A stretch of 18,467 bases of DNA, taken from NCBI RefSeq assembly GCF_035285525.1, contig NZ_JAYKGW010000120.1, forward strand, positions 1 to 18,467. Reading direction: 5' to 3'. The notes beneath the pieces were generated by a model. That model was not told where the DNA came from. It saw nothing but the letters and a program-made list of their open reading frames with translations, and made no database searches. Positions 1-7,496 of this stretch are shown in pieces. The position numbers were made by a program, and so were the translations under genes. The DNA is from Okeania sp. (GTDB lineage Bacteria; Cyanobacteriota; Cyanobacteriia; Cyanobacteriales; Microcoleaceae). Each line of letters begins with the position of its first letter. Within the stretch, counting starts at the first letter, position 1.

Positions 1-2
1 AT

Positions 3-206
3 CGAAAAACACTAATTAAGGAATTAGTTAATGGGCAAGGACATGAAGTTATATTTCTCCCTAAATACTCTCCAGATTTAAATGATATAGAACAGGACTT
101 TGGTGCATTAAAGAAGAAAAGAATGTACGAAGAAAAAGACAAATCCATTGATGATATTATTAGAGATTATTGCGCTTCGAGTGTGTCCCACTCTTATTCA
201 GAATGA
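3..206 (+). CDS. IS630/Tc1-mariner family transposase, C-terminal fragment (5' part lies outside the window)
   Basis: Frame 3 reads RKTLIKELVNGQGHEVIFLPKYSPDLNDIEQDFGALKKKRMYEEKDKSIDDIIRDYCASSVSHSYSE, with a TGA stop at 204-206. The LP.YSPDLN.IE block is the characteristic third acidic-residue region of IS630 DDE transposases. It is missing from the ORF track because there is no start codon inside the window. Confidence 0.7.
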   Translation, partial: RKTLIKELVNGQGHEVIFLPKYSPDLNDIEQDFGALKKKRMYEEKDKSIDDIIRDYCASSVSHSYSE

Positions 207-337
207 CTATATAATATAAAGTTTCAAAACTATTCTACAATAGTTTCAACCATCATATCTATACTTATTGCCTCTTTCTTTCCTGTTCTCAAAAAACCAG
301 ATTGTTCAACACTTACAGCAAGATACTATATATAATA

Positions 338-1744
338 TAGGAATTACGCAAAGACACTATATGTAGCCTATGCCAAATAGAGCGATCACCTGAAACAAAA
401 CGTTATTATAACTAATGCTAAATATAAGCTAATATAATTAATTTTCATTCTATCATATGTAGCTAATTGTAAATAAATTTTCCTCAAATACCCTGATTAT
501 TGTAGAATAATATTAGTGTTAAGAGCGAGCTACAAAAATGAATTTTAACTATATTGATTATTGTCAATACTTGCTCAATTCTCATACAAATTATACCATC
601 ACAAATTTAGCAAATCACCTAGAAAAAATTAGCCATGATACGATTAATCATTATTTAAGAACAGAATCTTTAAATTCACAAGATTTATGGCAAAATCCCC
701 AAAAGGAAATTGTTTGAAATACAGAAGCATACTTGATTTTTGATGATACAGTAATTAAAAAAAAATATGCTAATAAAATTGAACTTGTACAACGCCAATA
801 TAGTGGTATCAGTTCATAAAGTAACTCGACGAATAGGAATAGTTAATTGTATTTATTTTAACCCCAAAACTGAACAATTTTGGATACTAGATTATCGCAT
901 TTATGATCCAGATAGTGACAAAAAAACTACAATAGACCATGTTGAAGACATGATATGTAATGTGGAAAATCACAAGAAATTACCATTTAAAACTGTATTG
1001 ATGGATAGTTGGTATGCAGCAAAAAGATTAATGGCATTGATAGATAATTTAGAAAAAGTCTATTATTGCCCTTTAAAAAATAATCGCGCACGTAGATGAC
1101 ACGGGTGGTTCATAAAAATACAAAAGCATTGCTAAATTAAGTTGGAATGAATCAGAAATAATATCAGGTAAAAAAAAGAAAAATTAAAGGTTTTCTCAGA
1201 GATAAAAAAGTCAAGTTATTCTAGGTTACTATTTCTGCCAATAGAACAGAATACATTGTCACTTGATTTAAGTCAATCTTCTACATATCATGTATAATTA
1301 GAGTCGCAAACCAGATCGAAAATCGAATAATTTCACAGATAAATTAAGCAGTTAACAGGAATATATTTTTGTCAGTTTCGTCTGGCAAAAATTCAAAAAA
1401 ATAATATTTCTTGCGCTATATTGCTCTGGAATCATTTGAAAAAAATAGCTGACATTCTGGGGGAAACTATTTATCAACTCACACATCAATTATTATCTAA
1501 ATATCTAGTATCTGAACTCAAATATCCTGCAATTAAAATGACGGCTATTTAAGTTTTTATCAATAGAGAAACCCTTAGCGTTCGCGGAGCGTGGCATTAG
1601 CCGTATCGCTCTCTAAAAATTATAGCTATCCCTCCGTTTGCCAGTAACTATATAGTGTCTTAAGTATAAGTTATCATAATTTAGTTGTTCAGGCGATCGC
1701 TCTATTTGGCATACGCTACATATAGTGTCTTTGTGTAAGTCCTG
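338..1744 (+). mobile_element. Degraded insertion sequence (about 1.4 kb) bounded by about 55 bp imperfect terminal inverted repeats. IS4/IS701-like; family tentative.
   Basis: The left end, 340-395 (GGAATTACGCAAAGACACTATATGTAGCCTATGCCAAATAGAGCGATCACCTGAA), matches the reverse complement of 1689-1742 (GGACTTACACAAAGACACTATATGTAGCGTATGCCAAATAGAGCGATCGCCTGAA) with 4 mismatches. The interior carries a transposase pseudogene. No clean target-site duplication is visible. Confidence 0.7.
538..1552 (+). pseudogene. DDE transposase pseudogene (IS4/IS701-like) with many in-frame stops and frameshifts
   Basis: It starts MNFNYIDYCQYLLNSHTNYTITNLANHLEKISHDTINHYLRTESL...QKEIV and hits a stop. It continues in other frames as NTEAYLIFDDTVIKKKYANKIELVQRQYSG, then as track ORF 767-1099 (GIVNCIYFNPKTEQFWILDYRIYDPDSDKKTTIDHVEDM...LPFKTVLMDSWYAAKRLMALIDNLEKVYYCPLKNNR), then as DDTGG followed by a stop and KYKSIAKLSWNESE. 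After about 1100 stops occur every few dozen codons. The pattern matches cyanobacterial transposases I remember, but this is not verified. Confidence 0.7.
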
Positions 1745-1802
1745 ATTAAGAAAGAGATTAATTGAGCCCCTTTCCGTTGCAGGTCCTAGAGAGGATTCCC
1801 CC

Positions 1803-2111
1803 TTGACAGACCTTGCTGGCAAGATTCAACCAAGTCACATCGAGCTGTTTCTTAAGAATAATGCTGCAAATGATGAAAGAGCCTTTCAGGATTCTCTGAT
1901 ATCAAAGAGATATACGCTTTATTATGTCATTATCTTTTGCGCTCTCTTTGTATTCATTACTGTTTTTTTGATAAATCGAAATGTTACCCTCTACACAGAT
2001 TTACTGAAGATTTTTGGGGCTTTTGGTGGTGGGTTCCATAGTGGTTTAGGCTATAAAAGTTTCAAGGATAGAAATAAATCAGGGCTAATAAAAACCATAT
2101 CCTCTATTTAA
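1803..2111 (+). CDS. Hypothetical small membrane protein. Doubtful; possibly the 3' remnant of a gene cut by the IS.
   Basis: The 102 aa ORF has only a TTG start and no internal Met. It has one hydrophobic stretch (YTLYYVIIFCALFVFITVFLI). The frame is open from 1746, immediately after the IS end at 1744. Confidence 0.25.
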   Translation: MTDLAGKIQPSHIELFLKNNAANDERAFQDSLISKRYTLYYVIIFCALFVFITVFLINRNVTLYTDLLKIFGAFGGGFHSGLGYKSFKDRNKSGLIKTISSI

Positions 2112-2181
2112 TTGACCTTGCTCCTATCTAACAATTATGTAAAGCAGACGGTAAGCGCAAATCGCGATTCGCCCCTACATT

Positions 2182-2212
2182 TTGACATTTCAGAATTTGA
2201 CAGATTGATAAT
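2182..2212 (+). promoter_or_regulatory. Candidate sigma70-type promoter upstream of the CysZ-like gene
   Basis: TTGACA lies at 2182-2187 (a second TTGACA at 2197-2202) and GATAAT at 2207-2212. The spacing from the first -35 is 19 nt, longer than optimal. This is only a pattern match. Confidence 0.2.
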
Positions 2213-2270
2213 TTTGTGGTAAGCAAAAAAGAAAATTGTAGTAAGTAAGCGATCACTCTCCTTCCCTAAA

Positions 2271-2381
2271 CACTTTATTTTTTATCAAAATAATTCGGTT
2301 TAAAACCTTGCCTTAAAAGGCGAAATATTTTTGGAGAGTTGCTCAAATCTAAGTTACAAAAACAACTTCTGACTTCGTTAA
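2271..2381 (+). repeat. Upstream module, copy A (about 110 bp), ending 6 nt before the ATG of the CysZ-like gene
   Basis: 2320-2349 (GCGAAATATTTTTGGAGAGTTGCTCAAATC) matches the reverse complement of 9795-9824 with 3 mismatches in 30. 2354-2381 (TTACAAAAACAACTTCTGACTTCGTTAA) matches the reverse complement of 9626-9660 with 1 mismatch plus a 7 nt duplication. Confidence 0.75.
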
Positions 2382-2387
2382 GAGTTT

Positions 2388-3245
2388 ATGGTAAAACAAC
2401 AAAATTCTCAATCAATACTATCCATATTTGCAGCTCCTGTAGGATTAATAGCAGGCGCAACTTACCATTTTCGGGCATTAATAATATTTGTCAAAAATCC
2501 CAAATTGATAAGTTATATAATTGTGCCAATTTTGATTAATATTATAGTCGGAATTATTCTTTATGTTGGTTTACTTCTGCCAGGGATTAATTTAATAGAG
2601 AGTATTTTTAACAACTTATCTTTGCAGTTTGATGCTCTGATTTCTCAATTACCAACTTGGTTAAATTTTTTAAGTTATTTAGATAATATTTTAGATTGGT
2701 TCCTAGAATTTATTATATTTATGATCCTATTTCTAATAATTGGATTTTTGTTAGTACAATTTGGAGTGATTCTAGGTTCCCCTTTCTACGGTCAACTTTC
2801 TGAACAATTAGAAAAAATTAAAACTGGTACATTGCCTGAAGCACCTCCTGGTTTATTAGCCTCTATTAAAGATATTTGGCGAGCCATACTTTTTGAACTC
2901 AAAAAAATAGCTTTATTTTTAGGAATAGGGTTGCCAATGTTGCTACTAAACTTTTTCCCTGGAGGCTCCTTAATTGTAACTATTGGTGGTATTATTCTCA
3001 CAACTTCTATTATTTGTCTTGACTTTTTTGACGGACCTTTAGAGAGAAGAAAATTAAGATTTCGAGAAAAATTAACAATCGTACATCGTAGTTTTCCAGC
3101 TTATGTTACCTTTGGATTGATTTGTCAAGCCCTAATCGCTATTCCTATAGTTAACTTTTTCGGTATTCCCCTTTGTGTAGCAGCAGGAACTTTATTTTGT
3201 TGCGATCGCGTCTTACCAAAATTATTACTAGATGCTCAACCTTAA
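2388..3245 (+). CDS. CysZ/EI24-family integral membrane protein (putative sulfate transporter-like)
   Basis: 285 aa and multi-pass hydrophobic. GSPFYGQLSEQLEKIKTG aligns with the E. coli CysZ segment AAPFNGLLAEQLEARLTG. NFFPGGSLIV and DFFDGPLERRKLRFREKL align with the CysZ blocks YFIPGIGQTV and DYPFDNHKVPFKEM. Confidence 0.75.
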   Translation: MVKQQNSQSILSIFAAPVGLIAGATYHFRALIIFVKNPKLISYIIVPILINIIVGIILYVGLLLPGINLIESIFNNLSLQFDALISQLPTWLNFLSYLDNILDWFLEFIIFMILFLIIGFLLVQFGVILGSPFYGQLSEQLEKIKTGTLPEAPPGLLASIKDIWRAILFELKKIALFLGIGLPMLLLNFFPGGSLIVTIGGIILTTSIICLDFFDGPLERRKLRFREKLTIVHRSFPAYVTFGLICQALIAIPIVNFFGIPLCVAAGTLFCCDRVLPKLLLDAQP

Positions 3246-3313
3246 TATTCTCATACCAACTTTATAAATGTTTACTCTAGAGAGAACCCTATTAAAATAG
3301 CATTCTCTCTATT

Positions 3314-3941
3314 TTACATTAAATCATCAAAAGGGAGACGTAATTGCGTGCCATTTGGGGGGCAAGGCTTAGGAAACCTGTTTAGTGGCAATTTTAACAC
3401 AAATTTTCCATTTTTTGTATAGCCGTCACGAAGAAAACCTGCTTTTTGGAAGCATCGCCCCCAAGAATTTTTTTATTCCAATCAGTTTTTGATTTGCTTT
3501 GATGAATATCTACAAACCTAATCATTCCATTAAGTCGAGGACTGCCCCAAAAATATTCAGTAGCAGCGATCACTTGCTGAATTAGAATACTTGATAAAAT
3601 ACCAGATTAATTTCTGAAAAGAGAACAACCCCAGAAATTAAGCCATTGATGCCTGACAAATTTTTGCCACAACGATACCCACAACCCATCAAAATTTTCA
3701 GTAGACATCTCCTCCAAATGAGGGAACAGGGAACACTAGATATGTGGGAACAGGAAGAAATAATTGATAATTTATGGATAAGAATTGATTTAATTTTTTA
3801 TTTTTGGAGATGTCTAGTAAGCAAAACAATACACTTTCCAGGAGCTACAAATTGAAAAGTTTCTGGTTTTTCTCTGCTTTAATGTCGATTAGCTAAATCA
3901 ACAGCAAATTTATCTGCCCGATTAGAAAGATACCAATACAT
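3314..3941 (-). pseudogene. Degraded small ORF of a conserved hypothetical family (identity uncertain) with in-frame stops and a frameshift
   Basis: The minus strand reads MYWYLSNRADKFAVDLANRH, stop, SREKPETFQFVAPGKCIVLLTRHLQK, stop. After a GGAGGA motif it reads MSTENFDGLWVSLWQKFVRHQWLNFWGCSLFRN, stop, SGILSSILIQQVIAATEYFWGSPRLNGMIRFVDIHQSKSKTDWNKK. There is then a frameshift in an A-run, followed by NSWGRCFQKAGFLRDGYTKNGKFVLKLPLN...DDLM and a stop. The colinear pieces look like one former gene of about 200 aa. Confidence 0.45.
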
Positions 3942-4019
3942 TTATTTTCTCATAACTCTACTCAAACATTTTGTTTCAAATCCCAGAATAATCCCCTTAA
4001 CATAAATGCTACAGTGCGA

Positions 4020-4078
4020 CATCGAGCGATCGCTCTACCCATGTCTACCCTATATATGTTGTCTTTGCGTAAGTCCTG
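4020..4078. repeat. Solo terminal repeat of the CAGGACTTACGCA element family (IS-end type)
   Basis: The reverse complement of 4078-4020 is CAGGACTTACGCAAAGACAACATATATAGGGTAGACATGGGTAGAGCGATCGCTCGAT. It parallels the IS end at 340-395, including the embedded HIP1-like site. No partner end lies nearby. Confidence 0.6.
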
Positions 4079-4289
4079 ATTGAAAAATTTCTAGAAAAGC
4101 ATCACGATTTTCGTATACAAGCAAAAACCAAATAAATACCAGCTATATACAAAGAATAAGTGTTTTGAGTATTTTTTTAGGGATTTGTTACAGACGGTAT
4201 AAGCAACGAATAAAAAAGAAAAGAGAAGAAGAGAGAAACAATTATTCCTCCCACCCTTCCCACCCTTTGCTTTTTTCAGCAAACCCTAA

Positions 4290-4619
4290 TTAAATCATCC
4301 GAGTCATAGCAGATACTTTTGTAATCTTTTCTTGATCTAAACCTTCTAACTCAGTAATCTTCAACCATCCCTCTTTAACTAAACCAGCTAGAGAAAAAAT
4401 TACAGTAGCATTTCTAGGGTCATATTTTCCATCCAAATCATATCTTCTAGCACTGAGAAAATCATGTAGATGCCATAAATCATTAAATTCGTGAATTTTA
4501 GTTGCCCGTTGACGCACTGTTGCCACTAAAGCATTTATCTCTCGTTCTTTGGCTATTTCCAAAGCTGCTTGAGCAATCCTTTTTTCTGTTGTAGACCATT
4601 CAGTTTGAGTAAGCTGCAT
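4290..4619 (-). CDS. frp: Fluorescence recovery protein (FRP)
   Basis: 109 aa, immediately downstream of OCP. The block INALVATVRQRATKIHEFNDLWHLHDFLSARRYDLDGKYD matches the Synechocystis Slr1964 block LDGLLATVQAQASQITQIDDLWKLHDFLSAKRHEIDGKYD. Confidence 0.9.
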   Translation of the reverse strand: MQLTQTEWSTTEKRIAQAALEIAKEREINALVATVRQRATKIHEFNDLWHLHDFLSARRYDLDGKYDPRNATVIFSLAGLVKEGWLKITELEGLDQEKITKVSAMTRMI

Positions 4620-4696
4620 ATCTTTGACTTAAAATTTATTTTGATTATGATTTTTTATGTAATTTTTAATAATAACACATAAACTTTTATATTTTG

Positions 4697-4732
4697 AAAA
4701 AAAAAGAGCGCTAGTTTAAAAGAGCGCTCTTT
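4697..4732 (-). terminator. Rho-independent terminator between ocp and frp
   Basis: A perfect 10 bp stem pairs AAAGAGCGCT (4703-4712) with AGCGCTCTTT (4723-4732). On the minus strand the hairpin is followed by a run of nine T (the A-run at 4697-4705). Confidence 0.7.
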
Positions 4733-4809
4733 AATATTTTTTGATTTCTAGTTTTTCTAACTTAAATAACTTTGCTAAAATTAGCTTCCAATGTTATAGA
4801 AACCAATTT

Positions 4810-5769
4810 CTATCGAGCCAAATTTAACAACTCTTTAGGAGAAGCCAATAAGTCGATCGCCACAAAGAAAATTTTACCTTCTGGATTAAGCAAAAATCTC
4901 CAAGCAATATTCATACCCACACCAGCACCAAACCAAGGAGTTTGACATTTACCAGTAACTTTAATCTGAGTATAACCATCTTCCGCAGGCTCAGAAACAC
5001 CTTGCTCTGGAATTAACTTGAGGTTCTGACATTCTTCTTGGAAAAAACGTAAAACAGCATCTTTACCCACAATTGGTCTGCGGAAAGGAGGCTGAAGTCC
5101 ACCATCAGGAGTGAACAACTCAATCAGTGCATTAAAGTCATTAGCATTCAAGTTATTCATATAGTTCAATACAGTAGGATTATCAACACCCTTAATAGTT
5201 ACTTCAGTTCGCTGAGCCATATCTTTTGGTGGGACCACAGGTTCAGCAACTCGTTGATAGCTACCCAAATTATTCACATCAAATCCCATATCAACCACAC
5301 AATTTCGTAGAACTGTGATTTGCTGACCAGAATCTAAACCTTGAATAGTTCCCAACACAGCAGAAGCATTAGCAGAAAGTTGATATCCCTGGGGGATAGG
5401 AGCAACAAGTCCTTGATTCATCCATTCTCCAAGTTGATACCAAAAACCTAACTTAATATTTGGAGACCAGGTAGCATAAGTACGACAAATTGGAGTATCA
5501 GAACGATTAGCCAAGTCACACATTACTTGGGTTTGTTCCTGAAAGCCCATTTGCTTAATTTCATTCATAGTTCTTTCTGCAAGCTGCATATTAGCAGCTC
5601 CTGGAGCAGCAATTGTAATTGTTTTACCCATTTCTAGGTAAGCGAACCAGATCAGAGCTAGTTGGTCTTCAGCACCTAGTTGGTTAAAGCGAGCAATAGT
5701 TGCTGGCACCGCATCAGCAGATAAAGTGGTAGGAAAAATATTGCGGGCTGTATCAATTGAAAATGGCAT
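4810..5769 (-). CDS. ocp: Orange carotenoid protein (OCP1-type, full length)
   Basis: 319 aa, near-colinear with Synechocystis Slr1963: MPF.ID.AR.IFP.TL.AD.VPATIARF.QL.AEDQLALIWFAYLEMGKT.TIAAPGAA.MQLAE ... IAWRFLLNPEGKIFFVAIDLLASPKELLN.AR. The carotenoid-contacting Tyr in VLNYM and Trp in QTPWFG, and the Arg in VLRN, are present. Confidence 0.97.
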   Translation of the reverse strand: MPFSIDTARNIFPTTLSADAVPATIARFNQLGAEDQLALIWFAYLEMGKTITIAAPGAANMQLAERTMNEIKQMGFQEQTQVMCDLANRSDTPICRTYATWSPNIKLGFWYQLGEWMNQGLVAPIPQGYQLSANASAVLGTIQGLDSGQQITVLRNCVVDMGFDVNNLGSYQRVAEPVVPPKDMAQRTEVTIKGVDNPTVLNYMNNLNANDFNALIELFTPDGGLQPPFRRPIVGKDAVLRFFQEECQNLKLIPEQGVSEPAEDGYTQIKVTGKCQTPWFGAGVGMNIAWRFLLNPEGKIFFVAIDLLASPKELLNLAR

Positions 5770-6054
5770 AAATTAACCTGGTTCAATAAATCAAAATCAA
5801 AAATTGAAAATATCCAAATTCCTAAATGAAAATACAGTTAGGTTAAGGATGATCAGAAAATCTCAAATACCTACAGTTTTCTAAATGAAAACCGTAAAAG
5901 GGAGAAAAAATTTTCTAGTATAACTATTACTTTATCCTATATCGTAAGATTAAATACTTTTTATATCACAGCTATGGATAAGAGCAATTTATATTAATCC
6001 TATGGCAGCACTCAATGAAATGGAGTACAGGACATTGACCTCCGACAGAAGTGG

Positions 6055-6438
6055 ATGGCAACCCAGGCCAAAAGTAATTTAGACCAGTTAGAGGCCAAAG
6101 TAGCAGAAATAGGGACTTTGCCAGAATATATTTTGATCAGACCCCCAGAAATAGGATTGACAATGGTGCAAGATCGTGCTGGAGCTACAGGACAAATCTT
6201 TAATTTAGGTGAGATAACCATTACTCCCTGTACTCTAAAAATAGGAGAACTTGCCGCTTTTGGTTATGTAGCGGGGCGATCATATCGTCATCCAGAACTT
6301 GCCGCTTTGTCTGATGGTTTGATTTAGCTTCGAGAATGGCATCATATCGTGCAGTCGATAGTTATTGAGTTTCTGGAAGTAGAGGCAAAACAGAAACAAG
6401 AAGTTCAACAATGTCAAAGTTTACCAGAATTTTTCTAG
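6055..6438 (+). pseudogene. phnG: phnG-like remnant (C-P lyase subunit PhnG) interrupted by an in-frame TAG at 6325-6327
   Basis: LPEYILIRPPEIGLTMVQDRAGATGQIFNLGEITITPCTLKIGELAAFGYVAGRSYRHPELAALSDGLI aligns position for position with E. coli PhnG ADYEVIRAAETGLVQIQARMGGKRDRFFAGDATLTRAAVRLTDGTLGYSWVQGRDKQHAERCALIDALM. After the stop the same frame continues to ...QSLPEFF and a stop (compare PhnG ...SRVDFFTMVRG). No phnH-phnM genes follow. Confidence 0.55.
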
Positions 6439-6641
6439 TCAGAATGGGAAACTAATTTTAATAATTATTCTTTAGGAATAGATATATTTTTCTTTGTTAA
6501 AAATACATTTATTGGTTTACCGAGAACAACTAAAATTTCAAAATATTGAAGGTTATACAGCGCTTCCCCTGGTTATGAGGTACATTCATACGAGCAAGAT
6601 ACTCGCACTACAAGATTTTCACCATTTACCCTGTACATCAG

Positions 6642-6757
6642 AAAATGTATTAATTATTGTGCATAGAGCAACAGGAAGAAATTTTCACAACTCATCCTCT
6701 GTAGTGGGGGTGCTTCATAAAATGTATTAACTATTGTGCATAGAGCAACAGGAGGAA
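6642..6757 (+). repeat. Direct repeat of about 38 bp, two copies with a 77 bp period
   Basis: AAAATGTATTAATTATTGTGCATAGAGCAACAGGAAGAA at 6642-6680 matches AAAATGTATTAACTATTGTGCATAGAGCAACAGGAGGAA at 6719-6757, with 2 mismatches. Confidence 0.8.
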
Positions 6758-7020
6758 GGTTTTTTGCTCAGTTTAGTTAGGATATTCAACCCAGAGAGGT
6801 TATAGTCGAAATTATCCCTTTGCTGGAGAGATCAAAATGGAAGAAATTGAAGTAATTATTTTTTCCGAATAATTAGGTTTTGAAATAGCGATCACCTAGA
6901 TTACGATTACCGAAGCAGAAAACGTAAATATGTTTAAAAATAGCAAGGAAAAACCTCCCCAGTTTACCCGTGGTTACAGTTTAACATTTAGTTAGTTATA
7001 ACGAACGAAAAGCAATATCA

Positions 7021-7341
7021 ATGGCGTTATTAGATCGGGCGATGCAAGCTAAAGAATTAGGGGAAGAAATTGAAAGACCTGCTCAAGACCCGGAGTTTGT
7101 TTTCTATCATTCAGATAATGTTCAAGCCCAAGGGTTTGTACAACATTTAAAATTACCTCATTATATTAATTTTCAGGCAGAAATAAATTTAGTAAGAAAG
7201 CTACAAAATGAACAGAAAAATAATCAAAATGTTGAAATTAATGGCAAGTCTAAACTAGAGGAAGTTACACCAGATAAATCTGAGGAAAATAAATTTAAAG
7301 ATTCTATAGTTAAGGAAGTTACTATGGGAAAATCTAGTTAA
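7021..7341 (+). CDS. Hypothetical protein. The ORF is compositionally chimeric and its coding status is uncertain.
   Basis: 106 aa with an ATG start. Spot counts of G+C give 25/60 for 7021-7080 and 16/60 for 7201-7260. The C-terminal half is a K/E/N-rich low-complexity tail. I recognise no family motif. Confidence 0.3.
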   Translation: MALLDRAMQAKELGEEIERPAQDPEFVFYHSDNVQAQGFVQHLKLPHYINFQAEINLVRKLQNEQKNNQNVEINGKSKLEEVTPDKSEENKFKDSIVKEVTMGKSS

Positions 7342-7496
7342 AATTAATAAAAATTTCTTGAATGAATTATAGCAATCCTAAATAGGTTATAAGATTTTAT
7401 TGTAGGGCCTTGGTTTCCAAATCTGATTTTAGGTTTGGAGAGCACAACCCTAAAGTTTTCTTTTATAAATCATTTAGGATTATTATAGTTAGCATA

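Noticed and set aside
1613-1822. Minus-strand ORF 1613-1822
   Set aside because: It reads through the right terminal inverted repeat of the degraded IS, so it is repeat-derived.
2339-2539. Plus-strand ORF 2339-2539
   Set aside because: It starts inside the upstream repeat module and overlaps the CysZ-like gene in another frame. The 2388 frame has the family-specific motifs.
3646-4282. ORFs 3646-3855 (+) and 4091-4282 (-)
   Set aside because: The first is antisense to the degraded minus-strand gene remnants. The second is a low-complexity ORF with a TTG start in the AT-rich region downstream of frp. Neither has supporting signals.
5917-5922. A TATACT -10-like hexamer (minus strand) as the ocp promoter
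   Set aside because: No convincing -35 lies at 17 bp and many similar hexamers occur in this AT-rich spacer. It cannot be supported without transcription start site data.
6012-6730. ORFs 6012-6221 (-) and 6494-6730 (+)
   Set aside because: The first is antisense to the phnG-like frame. The second has a non-ATG start, spans the 38 bp direct repeat, and has no recognisable features.
6642-6757. Possible mini-CRISPR: two ~38 bp repeats separated by a ~38 bp unique segment, which is CRISPR-like geometry
   Set aside because: There are only two copies, no internal palindrome, no typical repeat termini, no further degenerate repeats at the 77 bp period on either side, and no cas genes. It is more simply a local duplication. 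A genome-wide search for the 38-mer would settle it.
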